Source of the DNA: an uncultured Faecalibacterium sp.
GTDB lineage: Bacteria; Bacillota; Clostridia; Oscillospirales; Ruminococcaceae
DNA: 24,000 bases
Assembly: GCA_964478515.1 (NCBI GenBank)
Contig: CAYZIL010000019.1
Coordinates: 15,714 to 39,713, forward strand
Direction of reading: 5' to 3'
The position numbers and the translations under genes are program-made. Position 1 is the stretch's first letter. Each line of letters opens with the position of its first letter. Shown here in pieces: positions 1 through 8,453 of the stretch. The notes beneath the pieces were generated by a model that saw only the letters and a program-made list of their open reading frames with translations, did no database searches and was not told where the DNA came from.

Positions 1-75
1 GAAATAGACATATTATTGTATTAAACTGTTTAAGATACTTTTGGATATTGCCGCTTGAGCGCGGCCGGAGGACAT

Positions 76-1623
76 ATGTCCAGAATAAAAAGCAGTATAC
101 GCAATGTCTCTTACGGCATCGGCTCGCAGGTTGTTATCGTGCTCGTCACACTGGCGACTCGCTCGCTGTTCGCCGCTTTGCTGGGTAAGGATTACCTCGG
201 CCTTAACACCCTTTTTCAAAGCGTTATTTCCATTCTCTCGCTAACTGAACTGGGTTTCGGCTCGGCGGCGCTGTTTGCGCTCTACCGCCCTATTGCGGAA
301 AACGACCGCGAGCGCATAGCCGGGCTCATGCACCTGTACGCGAAAATATATAAGATAATGTTTTTCGTGGTGCTCGGCTTCGGTCTGGCGCTGATGCCGT
401 TCTTGCACTATCTTATTAAGGATATGCCCGACAACATTCGTCATTTGAACGTCATTTACCTGATGTTTGTGCTCAACTCGGCGGTGTCGTACCTGTTTTC
501 CTACAAGCGCTCGCTGCTGTTTGCCGACCAGAAAAACTACAAGATTCTGACAGTCACTACGGTGATGAAGGTCGCTCTTTCGCTCTCGCAGCTTGTCGGC
601 TTGTGGGTGACGCAGGGCAACTATTTTATCTATCTCGCCCTGATGATTTTTTTCACCTTCAGCGAAAACGTCTTTATTTCGGTGCAGGTCAAGCGCGAGT
701 ACCCGTGGCTGGGCGAATACAAAAAAACGCGCGTCAGCGACGCCGACAAGCACAGCCTTGTGTCCAACACCAAAGCGCTGCTGCTGCACCGAATCGGCGC
801 CATTGCCGTGCTGCAGTCCGACAACCTCATCACCTCCGCTTTTATAAATCTCGCCACCCTGGGCATATACTCTAACTACCAACTAATTTGGCACACGCTG
901 CAAACCGCCGTGAGCAACATCATGAACGGCCTGCAAGCGAGCATTGGTAACTTCAACGTCAGCGCGCCGCCCGAGCAGCGACTGGATATTTTCAATAAGC
1001 TGAATTTGGCAATGCAGCTTATCTGTTCATTTTGCACGGTGGGGCTGTTTTGCCTGTCTTCACCGGTCATAGACTTGATTTTCGGGGCGAGCTACGTCTT
1101 CCCCACCTCGACGGTGCTGATTATTTCGCTTTACTTCTACTTTCTGGTCATGCGCACCGCCCACCAGGTAATTAAAGATACCTGCGGTCTTTTCCGTCCC
1201 GACCGCTACAAGCCGCTGGTAGAAGCGGTATTCAACGTTGTATTTTCAATTATTCTCGTAAAGCTCATCGGCTTTAACGGCGTGCTCATAGCGACGATTG
1301 CCGACAACCTGCTCATCGCCTACCCGGTAGAGGTCTATGTGGTTTTCAAATACGCGCTCGGCACCGATATGTGGAAATACTACCGCCGCTTTTTCGTTAA
1401 CCTGGCTGTGCTGGCGGTACAAATGGGCGCAACCTGGTTTGCCTGTTCGCTCGTCGGCCCGGGCGGCATTGCCGGAATTGCCATAAAGGCGGTCATCTGC
1501 TGCACAGTGCCCAACGCCGTGAGTCTGCTCGCCTTTTACCGCACCCGCAGCTTTAAGGAACTTGCCGCCACCGCCCGCCGGCTCATTGCGGAGCGCGGCG
1601 ACCGAAAAAAGGAGACTGTGTGA
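76..1623 (+). CDS. wzx: Polysaccharide/oligosaccharide flippase, MOP superfamily (Wzx-like)
   Basis: Track ORF 55..1623. Long multi-pass hydrophobic protein with a Polysacc_synt-type N-terminus (SIRNVSYGIGSQVV...). GGAGGA at 67-72 favours ATG 76 over TTG 55. Its stop overlaps the next start (TGATG at 1621-1625). Confidence 0.8.
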   Translation: MSRIKSSIRNVSYGIGSQVVIVLVTLATRSLFAALLGKDYLGLNTLFQSVISILSLTELGFGSAALFALYRPIAENDRERIAGLMHLYAKIYKIMFFVVLGFGLALMPFLHYLIKDMPDNIRHLNVIYLMFVLNSAVSYLFSYKRSLLFADQKNYKILTVTTVMKVALSLSQLVGLWVTQGNYFIYLALMIFFTFSENVFISVQVKREYPWLGEYKKTRVSDADKHSLVSNTKALLLHRIGAIAVLQSDNLITSAFINLATLGIYSNYQLIWHTLQTAVSNIMNGLQASIGNFNVSAPPEQRLDIFNKLNLAMQLICSFCTVGLFCLSSPVIDLIFGASYVFPTSTVLIISLYFYFLVMRTAHQVIKDTCGLFRPDRYKPLVEAVFNVVFSIILVKLIGFNGVLIATIADNLLIAYPVEVYVVFKYALGTDMWKYYRRFFVNLAVLAVQMGATWFACSLVGPGGIAGIAIKAVICCTVPNAVSLLAFYRTRSFKELAATARRLIAERGDRKKETV

Positions 1624-2612
1624 TGGACGTAAGCATAATAATTCCCGTTTACAATGTCGACAGCTATCTGCCCGCCTGTCTGGACTCGGTGCTGGCGCAG
1701 GACTTCAGCGGCAGTTTTGAAATAATTGTCGTCAACGACGGCTCTACCGACGCCGGCGCGCGCATTGCCGACGAATACGCGGCGCTCCACCCGCAGCTCA
1801 TTCGCGTTATCCACCAGGCCAACGCGGGTCTCGGCGGCGCGCGCAACACCGGCATTGCCGCCGCCGCGGGCGACTATCTGCTTTTCGTCGACAGCGACGA
1901 CACCGTCGCCCCAGACATGCTCTCGACGCTGTTCGGGCTGGCCGCCGCGCACGGCGCAGACATGGCCGTGTGCGGTATGCGTGTCGTCGGCGAGGACGGC
2001 CGCACTATAGAGACTATAGCGGAGGATATGCCCGAGAATACCGCCCTGCCGCCGGCCTCGCGCCCCGACATGCTGCTGTGCCACCCCGTGGCCTGGAACC
2101 GGCTGACCCGACGGCGCGTTTTTACCGACAACAATATTCTTTTCCCGCCGCGCACCTGGTACGAGGATTTGCGCACGACCCCAAAGCTGCTGCTCGGCTG
2201 CGACAGCGTCGTATTTACCCGCAAGCCGCTGTACAACTACCTGCGCCGCAGCGGCTCAATAACCAACAACCGCAACGTGCGCCGCAACCGCGAAATAGTC
2301 GACGCCTTCGACGACCTTATACTGTATTTCCGCGACAACGGTCTTTTTGACAGCTGCCGCGACGAGCTGGAGTTTCTCTGCGTCAGTCATCTTTTTCTGG
2401 CGGCGTCCGTGCGCGTGCTGCGCGTCGACCCCGACAGCGAGCTGCTGGCCATGTTCCGCGAATATCTTTTCAATGCCTTTCCCGAATGGCGCTCAAACCG
2501 CTATCTTTCCCGCATGAGACGCCTGCAGCGCCTGGCGCTCAAGCTGTGCGACGCGCGCCGTTACCGGCTGCTGGCGCTGCTGTTCAAAGTTAAGGACGGA
2601 GCGCGCTTATGA
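1623..2612 (+). CDS. Family 2 glycosyltransferase
   Basis: N-terminus VSIIIPVYNVDSYLPACLDSVLAQ...IIVVNDGSTD...FVDSDD is the classic GT2 (GT-A fold) signature with a DxD motif. AAGGAG lies upstream of ATG 1623. ATGA start/stop overlap with the next gene. Confidence 0.85.
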   Translation: MDVSIIIPVYNVDSYLPACLDSVLAQDFSGSFEIIVVNDGSTDAGARIADEYAALHPQLIRVIHQANAGLGGARNTGIAAAAGDYLLFVDSDDTVAPDMLSTLFGLAAAHGADMAVCGMRVVGEDGRTIETIAEDMPENTALPPASRPDMLLCHPVAWNRLTRRRVFTDNNILFPPRTWYEDLRTTPKLLLGCDSVVFTRKPLYNYLRRSGSITNNRNVRRNREIVDAFDDLILYFRDNGLFDSCRDELEFLCVSHLFLAASVRVLRVDPDSELLAMFREYLFNAFPEWRSNRYLSRMRRLQRLALKLCDARRYRLLALLFKVKDGARL

Positions 2613-3571
2613 AACAGGTAAGCGTCATTGTTCCCGCCTGGCGGGCGGAAAAGTGTCTTGGCGACTGTCTTGACTCGCTGCTTGCCCAAAGCGCCGATAT
2701 TGAGGTGCTGGCGGTAGACGACGGCTCTGACGACCGCACCGGCGCAATAATAGACGAGTACGCGGCGCGGCGTCCCGACGTCGTGCGCGCTTTTCACAAG
2801 CCAAACGGCGGACAGGGCTCGGCGCGCAACCTGGCGCTGGGCGCCGCCGGCGGTGAATATGTCGGTTTTGCGGACGCCGACGACACTGTAGAGCCTGATA
2901 TGTTCGCGCAGCTGTACGCCGCCGCCAAAAAAGCCGACGCCGACATTGCCGTGTGCAACGCACTCGGCCACTGCGCGAGCGGCACGCAGGTAATTGAGTT
3001 GTGCGGGTTTACTTCGCCGCTGCTGATGGCGGGCTCGGTCTGGAATAAAATATACCGCCGCGCGCTTGTCGGCGAGCTGCGCTTTCCCGAACGGCGGCTG
3101 TGGTACGAGGATCTTGAGTTCAGCGCAGAGCTGGCAATGCTCGCCAAAAACAGCGTCACGGTTCCGCGGCCGCTCTACCATTACAACCAGTTTGACGAGT
3201 CGACCATCCGCAACCGCAACGCGCGCAAAAATCTTGACATCATCGCCATTTTCGACGGCATCTTCGCTTATGCCGACGCGCGCGGACTCTCGGCGGCAAT
3301 GGCGCTGCCGCTGCAAGCGCTCGTCGCCGACCACATTCTGGTGCAAAGCGTCGGCCGCGTCGCCGTCATGGACTCGCCTGAGCGCGCCGCGGTAATAGAC
3401 GAACTGGTCGCCTACGCGCGCCGCCGCTGCCCCGAACTGAGCGGCGAAGCGCTGAAATTACTGCCGAAAAACAGCTCCGTAATTGCAAAACTCAACTACC
3501 GCGGCGGCTGGAAGGTCTCGCGCGCACTGCTCGGCGCCAACGCGGCGCTGCGCGGAAAGGCAAAACAATGA
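2609..3571 (+). CDS. Family 2 glycosyltransferase (tandem paralogue)
   Basis: VSVIVPAWRAEKCLGDCLDSLLAQ...LAVDDGSDD...FADADD, with the same architecture and length as the preceding GT2. ATGA overlaps at both ends (2609-2612 and 3568-3571). Confidence 0.85.
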   Translation: MKQVSVIVPAWRAEKCLGDCLDSLLAQSADIEVLAVDDGSDDRTGAIIDEYAARRPDVVRAFHKPNGGQGSARNLALGAAGGEYVGFADADDTVEPDMFAQLYAAAKKADADIAVCNALGHCASGTQVIELCGFTSPLLMAGSVWNKIYRRALVGELRFPERRLWYEDLEFSAELAMLAKNSVTVPRPLYHYNQFDESTIRNRNARKNLDIIAIFDGIFAYADARGLSAAMALPLQALVADHILVQSVGRVAVMDSPERAAVIDELVAYARRRCPELSGEALKLLPKNSSVIAKLNYRGGWKVSRALLGANAALRGKAKQ

Positions 3572-4716
3572 AAAAAATATATATAACCGCTCTGCACCTG
3601 TCCCACGGCGGCGTCGAAAACGTCATTTGCAACCTTTCAAACGCGCTGACGCGCCGCGGCTTTGCGGTGGAAATACTGTGCAGCTACAATTTGGGCGCGC
3701 CGGTCTATGAATTGGACCCGGCAGTAAAAGTCACCTATCTCACCGACGCGCGCCCCAACCGCGCCGAGCTGAAAAGCGCTCTGCGCTCGTTTTCTTTCGC
3801 CGCAATAATCCGTGAGGGTCTTGCGGCGGCGCGCACGCTGCGGCTGAAGAAAAGCACCATGGCAGCCGCACTCGCCGCCATTGACAGCGGCGCCGTTATC
3901 AGCACGCGCAACGAGCACTCGGTATTGCTGTCGCGCTGCGGCCGGCCAGGCGTGCTCAAAATAGCTCAGCTGCACCACGACCACCGTTTCGACAAAAAGC
4001 TGCTGCGCGATTTTCGCCGCCGCTACGGGAATATTGACTATTTCGCGCTGCTCACCGCCCAACTGCGCGACGAGGTCGCGGCGATAATGGCGCCGCACAA
4101 CCAACACACAAAAGTTATTTGCGTGCCGAACTTCCTTGCCGATTGCCGCGGGCCGCGCGCCGAAAAACAGCCGCGAATGCTCAGCGTCGGCCGGCTGTCG
4201 CCGGAAAAGGGGTTTGACAGGCTGCTTGACGCCTGGGCGCTGATTGTCGCCAGTTGTCCCGAACTGAGGCTGGATATTGTCGGCGACGGCGTCTGCCGCG
4301 GCGAGCTTGAAACGCAGGCGGCACGGCTGGGCATTGAGAACAGCGTCACGTTTTACGGCATGCTGCCGCACGGCGAGGCACTGAATATGATGTCGCGCTC
4401 GCTCGCCTACTTAATGGCCTCGCGCAGCGAGGGTCTGCCGCTGGTGGTAATAGAGTCAATGAGCTGTGCCACTGTGCCGGTGGCGTACGACGTGCGCGTC
4501 GGCCCGCGGGCGATAATCAGCGACGCCCGCGACGGTTTCCTTGTTCGCGACGGCGACGCCGCCACGTTCGCGGCCGCGGCAGTAAAGCTGGCGCGCGACG
4601 AAAAAATGCGCGGGGAAATGGAGCGAAGCGCAGCCGAGACCGCTTTGCGTTACAGCGAGGACGCTGTCATGCAGCAGTGGCTGTCGCTGCTTAGCGAGGT
4701 AAAAGATGGACAATAA
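3568..4716 (+). CDS. Family 4 (GT-B fold) glycosyltransferase
   Basis: N-terminal HGGVENVICNLSNAL, central GRLSPEKGFDRLLDAW and C-terminal SRSEGLPLVVIESM (E-x7-E) motifs are typical of Glycos_transf_1/GT4. Confidence 0.85.
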   Translation: MKKIYITALHLSHGGVENVICNLSNALTRRGFAVEILCSYNLGAPVYELDPAVKVTYLTDARPNRAELKSALRSFSFAAIIREGLAAARTLRLKKSTMAAALAAIDSGAVISTRNEHSVLLSRCGRPGVLKIAQLHHDHRFDKKLLRDFRRRYGNIDYFALLTAQLRDEVAAIMAPHNQHTKVICVPNFLADCRGPRAEKQPRMLSVGRLSPEKGFDRLLDAWALIVASCPELRLDIVGDGVCRGELETQAARLGIENSVTFYGMLPHGEALNMMSRSLAYLMASRSEGLPLVVIESMSCATVPVAYDVRVGPRAIISDARDGFLVRDGDAATFAAAAVKLARDEKMRGEMERSAAETALRYSEDAVMQQWLSLLSEVKDGQ

Positions 4717-6190
4717 ACTGACCCGGCGCGGCGTGTCGCAGCGCGCGGCGCGTGTGCTGCTGTACGCGCTTATCTGCATGCAGCCGCTGTTAGACGTCGC
4801 TGCCTATTTCTTGCGCCGGAGCGGCGACAGCATGCCGATAACCCTGCTGCGCGGCGCGCTGCTGGTCGCCGTTTTCATTACCGCTTTTATTTCCAGCGAC
4901 AACAAGCGCGCCTATTTTATTTGCGCCGCGCTCGTCGGGCTGTTTTTCGCCGCCCACGCCGGCGTTCATTTTGCGCTGGGCTACCGCTCGCTCAGCGGCG
5001 ACATTGCCGACTACGCCCGCGTCGCCCAACTGCCGCTGTACACTATTGCTTTCATCACGCTGCTGCGGCGCGCCGGCGAGCCCTTTGAGCTGCTCGCGCG
5101 CGCTTTTACCGTAAACCTGGGCACCATCGTGCTGGTCATAGCGCTCTCCTACGCGCTGGGCATGCCGGAATACACCTACGGGGACTACGGTATAGACATT
5201 GGCGTAATGGGCTGGTTCGCCGCCAAAAACGCCCAGAGCTCCATTTTGGTCATAATGTCGCCGCTGATACTCTGCTGGCTGTACGGCAAAAAGAATCCTC
5301 TCTGGTTCTATCTCGGCGCGACGCTAGATTTGGGACTGCTGTTTTTCACCGGCAGCAGACTTTGCTATTACGGTCTGCTTTTATACTGCGTCGGTTTCTG
5401 CGTCGTAATGCTGCTCACCCACCGCTTTGTCTGGCAGCGCTGCGCTTTTATTGTGCTTGTAATGCTCGCAGCCGTCGGCTGTTACCGCTATTCGCCCATG
5501 ACGCAGCGCATGAATACCATGTACGCGGCTTTTGACGTTGCGCAGCAGCGCGTCGACGACTTGAGCGAGTCCAGCTGGGACCTTGAGTACACAATTAATT
5601 CGCAGCGCTACGAGGTCATCTACGGCGATATTTACGAAAACATGACCGGCGCCATGTGCGACGAGTTCGGCACCGAGTCGGTCGCGCAGGCCTACGGCTG
5701 GCTTACAGACAGCAATTCCATCTCTGACGTGCGCGCCCAGAAACAGACCTACGCGCGGCTGCGCTTTGCCGAAATGCCGCTTAGCGTCAGACTTTTCGGT
5801 ATGGAACAGGCCGATTTCACGCTCGGCAGCTACAATTACGACTTTGAGACCGATTATTCCGGTATTTTTTACAGCTACGGTTATATTGGAATTATGCTGT
5901 TCGCCGCTTTTATTCTCTACTTTATAGTCCGCGCTCTGGCGGCGCTGTGGCGGCATTCCGAGTATTTTATGACCCCGACAGCGCTGTGCGATTGTATGGC
6001 GCTGTGCGTTATGCTCGCCGCCGCGGAGTTTTCCGGTCACATATTCCGCCGGCCCAACGTGACAATCTATTTTGCGCTGCTGCTCGCGGCGCTCTGGCTG
6101 TTTTGCGGCGACGCGGCCACTCTGGACAGCGGCGGTCGCTGGCAATTGCTGCCACTGTTTCCCAACGGAAAACGCAAGAACCGAAAATAA
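4706..6190 (+). CDS. O-antigen polymerase/ligase family membrane protein (Wzy-like)
   Basis: 494-aa polytopic protein with a FFTGSRLCYYGLL motif and a large loop followed by a ...DYSGIFYSYGYIGIMLF segment, resembling the Wzy_C domain. It overlaps the GT4 stop by 11 nt. The polymerase-versus-ligase role is inferred from the Wzx/GT context. Confidence 0.65.
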   Translation: MDNKLTRRGVSQRAARVLLYALICMQPLLDVAAYFLRRSGDSMPITLLRGALLVAVFITAFISSDNKRAYFICAALVGLFFAAHAGVHFALGYRSLSGDIADYARVAQLPLYTIAFITLLRRAGEPFELLARAFTVNLGTIVLVIALSYALGMPEYTYGDYGIDIGVMGWFAAKNAQSSILVIMSPLILCWLYGKKNPLWFYLGATLDLGLLFFTGSRLCYYGLLLYCVGFCVVMLLTHRFVWQRCAFIVLVMLAAVGCYRYSPMTQRMNTMYAAFDVAQQRVDDLSESSWDLEYTINSQRYEVIYGDIYENMTGAMCDEFGTESVAQAYGWLTDSNSISDVRAQKQTYARLRFAEMPLSVRLFGMEQADFTLGSYNYDFETDYSGIFYSYGYIGIMLFAAFILYFIVRALAALWRHSEYFMTPTALCDCMALCVMLAAAEFSGHIFRRPNVTIYFALLLAALWLFCGDAATLDSGGRWQLLPLFPNGKRKNRK

Positions 6191-6257
6191 AACATTGCTC
6201 TTTTACCGTTATAGTTGTAAAATGTAATACATATTTTTACCAGAGAGCTTGTGCTTG

Positions 6258-6971
6258 ATGAAAAAGAAAAAGAAGATTGCCCTGATTTTGCTTATCACCG
6301 CAGTCATCCTGTTGGTAATACTTGTCGCATATTTGGCACTGCGCAACATAGTGCCGGATTTTATTGACGTGCTTCGCAGCGGCGACGAAGGACAGGTGGA
6401 GGACTATATCCGCTCTCAGGGCACCTTCACCGGCGTGTTGGTAACCGCCGTGCTGCAATCGCTGCAAATACTGTCAATCTTCCTGTCCAGCGTGCCCATC
6501 CAGGTAGCAGCCGGTATCATCTTCGGGTTCTGGCGGGGTTTTCTTATCTGCTTTTTCAGCGCCGGGCTGACACATTTGGGAGTTTTCATGCTGGTGCGCC
6601 GCATTGGCGACAAGCTGGGAGTGTTGGAGGAGACCGATACTACGGTACGCCGCTGGCGTTTTCTGCGCAATTCCGAGCACCCGGCCTTTTCGCTGTTGCT
6701 GCTCTTCCTAATTCCGCTGCTGCCGAACGGCATAATTCCCTACCTTGCCGCCAAGAGCAAAATAAGCCGCCGCGATTTTGCCATCGTGTTTGCCTTGGGC
6801 AACTGTCCGTCAATACTGATTTTCTGCGCAGTCGGCAGCCGCATACTCAGCGGCGACTATTTAATTGCCGGCTTGCTGATACTCGCTCAGCTGGTCATAA
6901 TGCTAACGCTGTACCTGTGCCGCGAAAAACTGTTTGTCCTGGCGGAAAAGTACCAGTTTGACATCCACTAA
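6258..6971 (+). CDS. TVP38/TMEM64 (DedA-related, VTT-domain) membrane protein
   Basis: Lys-rich N-terminus followed by a TM helix, then PIQVAAGIIFGFWRGFLICFFSAGLTHLGVFMLVRRIG and LLPNGIIPYLAAKSKI, typical of the SNARE-associated/VTT domain. ATG 6258 is preferred over TTG 6249. Confidence 0.75.
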   Translation: MKKKKKIALILLITAVILLVILVAYLALRNIVPDFIDVLRSGDEGQVEDYIRSQGTFTGVLVTAVLQSLQILSIFLSSVPIQVAAGIIFGFWRGFLICFFSAGLTHLGVFMLVRRIGDKLGVLEETDTTVRRWRFLRNSEHPAFSLLLLFLIPLLPNGIIPYLAAKSKISRRDFAIVFALGNCPSILIFCAVGSRILSGDYLIAGLLILAQLVIMLTLYLCREKLFVLAEKYQFDIH

Positions 6972-7026
6972 AACGCGCGGCGCCGAATTTGTTATGTCTG
7001 TCTTTACCGCACACTGTAAATAAACT

Positions 7027-7062
7027 GCGGACCGGCCGTTTGGCCGGTCCGCTATTATTTTT
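7027..7062 (+). terminator. Rho-independent terminator ending the polysaccharide operon
   Basis: Perfect 11-bp stem GCGGACCGGCC (7027-7037), loop GTTT, GGCCGGTCCGC (7042-7052), followed by TATTATTTTT. Confidence 0.85.
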
Positions 7063-7508
7063 GCTTCAGCATTCACAGTGCTCAGAAGCCGGTCGCCGTG
7101 CAAGTGTAATTAAACGCTTAAGCAAACACAAAGCGATAAGTTTGAACGCAAAAGCGCAGCAAACGAAAACGAGTGGCACGCCGCAAGCGCAAAGCTTACA
7201 GGAAACTAAGATGCTATCCGCTTGCAGTATAAGGAAAAATGGGGCGTCGGGGCTAAGTGGACAAGCCGGCGCGTTCCATTGGCCGCCGGCATAACGTCCC
7301 GCATGCTTACAGCACCGTGTTCTTTACTATTTCAGGGGTAATTCGTTTGCTATTGCCGCAAGCGTCTTTATGCCGAGCGGTATTTTGCCCATATAGCCTT
7401 GTGCGCAGCTCCGCCGTTATGAAACGCCATATATTGCGAAATATTAGACAAAAAGTATTACCTGTTATTGTCTATTTTGTCCTCAAGGGAGAAATTAAGC
7501 ACTTGCTA

Positions 7509-7537
7509 TTGCATTATTTGCACAAATATCATATGAT
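7509..7537 (+). promoter_or_regulatory. Candidate sigma-A promoter for the HPr-like gene
   Basis: TTGCAT (7509-7514), 17-nt spacer, TATGAT (7532-7537), about 50 nt upstream of ATG 7586. An inverted repeat TTGCACAA/TTGTGCAA brackets the -10. Confidence 0.4.
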
Positions 7538-7585
7538 GTGATTGTGCAAAAGGCACAAAGACAAACGGATAAGGAGTGATTGAGA

Positions 7586-7804
7586 ATGGTAAAGAATATC
7601 CGTCTTAAAAACATGGAGGACATCTGCAAGCTGCACGACGAGGCGGCAAAGTATTACGGTGACGTCGGCGTCCACAGCGACAGCACTATAGTCGACGCCA
7701 AGTCCCTGCTGGGTCTTATGTCGCTCGACTTGAGCAAACCGCTGGTATGCGTCAGCGAGGACAAAGCCTTTTATCGCCACATCAACTCGCTGCTCGTCGG
7801 CTGA
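7586..7804 (+). CDS. HPr-like small protein lacking the His15 site (Ser46-type site retained)
   Basis: 72 aa. AAGGAG at 7571-7576 sits 9 nt before ATG 7586. VDAKSLLGLMSLDLSK aligns by eye with the HPr motif VNLKSIMGVMSLGIAK, and LHDEAAKYYGDVGV aligns with LVQTASKYDADVNL. The position equivalent to His15 is Asn9 and the position equivalent to Arg17 is Glu11. Confidence 0.6.
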   Translation: MVKNIRLKNMEDICKLHDEAAKYYGDVGVHSDSTIVDAKSLLGLMSLDLSKPLVCVSEDKAFYRHINSLLVG

Positions 7805-7877
7805 GTTCAGGCGTCCACATGTGCGGCGAACAAGCGCCGCGGCAATGCAGCGTCAGCGCTGCAAAATCCGATAGTTT

Positions 7878-7911
7878 CCGGAGACACTCGCGTGTCTCCG
7901 GTTTTATTTTT
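7878..7911 (+). terminator. Rho-independent terminator of the HPr-like gene
   Basis: CCGGAGACAC (7878-7887), loop TCGC, GTGTCTCCGG (7892-7901), then TTTTATTTTT. Confidence 0.8.
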
Positions 7912-8017
7912 GTTCGTTTTTTTGCCTGTGCGCCGGACGCTGATGTGTGCCGCGCCGCGCAACAACACCGACGCCAAGCGCGCGCACACACACTGCAAGG
8001 CCGCAGGAGAAAAAACA

Positions 8018-8063
8018 GCGCGCCCGCGTCTGAGCGGACCGCGGCGCAGCGCCATATTTTTTT
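8018..8063 (+). terminator. Possible second intrinsic terminator (orphan)
   Basis: GC-rich imperfect stem of about 11 bp with two 1-nt bulges (8018-8028 pairing with 8040-8052), followed 4 nt later by T7 (8057-8063). No credible ORF lies upstream of it. Confidence 0.3.
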
Positions 8064-8424
8064 GCTGTCGCGCTGATTATCTTTGGCAAAATCTTTGCAT
8101 ATACAATTACCAGGTGGCGCAATCTGCACCGTCGCGGTATTTCTAAGGCTGTACAGGTATACCCGGCAAGCATAATATACGCAGCGCCGCTCATTAGTTT
8201 ATCTGACGAAATTTGCTTGTTCTCATTGGTAAAAATGCTGTATCTGCGAAAAAAGTAGAAAGTAGAAGAAAGCCGTGACTGATTTTTTCCGCACATCAAT
8301 TGCATTTTTCTGGAAAATGTACCCTAATGGCAAATCTTGCCTGCCGGCTGATTTCCCGATTATTTTGTGATAATTGACATATTTTCCGAAAATTTCTCAT
8401 ATATTTTGACCGCAAAACAGGATA

Positions 8425-8453
8425 TTGACATAAAATAGATGCGGTGTTAATAT
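8425..8453 (+). promoter_or_regulatory. Candidate sigma-A promoter of the DeoR/PTS operon
   Basis: Consensus TTGACA (8425-8430), 17-nt spacer, TAATAT (8448-8453). A weaker TTGACA at 8374-8379 lies upstream. TGTTAA-N7-TTAACA (8445-8463) overlaps the -10 and the likely transcription start. Confidence 0.5.

Noticed and set aside
55-75. Upstream alternative starts given by the ORF track (55, 1620, 6249, 7580, 8455, 9322, 10991, 15917, 18130, 21335)
   Set aside because: In each case a downstream ATG has a better-placed Shine-Dalgarno sequence and yields the normal family N-terminus. Several extensions would also cross predicted promoters (8455, 21335) or the intercistronic hairpins (10991).
241-6145. 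Long antisense ORFs opposite the polysaccharide genes (241-882, 1536-2084, 2561-3346, 3637-4371 and 5381-6145, all minus strand)
   Set aside because: Each is fully contained within a + strand gene that has clear family motifs. The translations are Arg/Ala/Gln-rich and have no RBS context. They are GC-driven open frames.
7121-7200. Possible tandem repeat or CRISPR-like periodicity in the A/C-rich tract
   Set aside because: The recurring words (AAGCG, GCAAA) are short and irregularly spaced. There is no repeat-spacer periodicity, and no cas genes occur anywhere in the window.
7904-8305. 133-aa minus-strand ORF in the non-coding stretch, plus 7892-8146 (+) and 7807-8055 (-)
   Set aside because: They run through the terminator hairpin and T-tracts. 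Their composition (Arg/Cys/Ala runs) is not protein-like, and they have no RBS.
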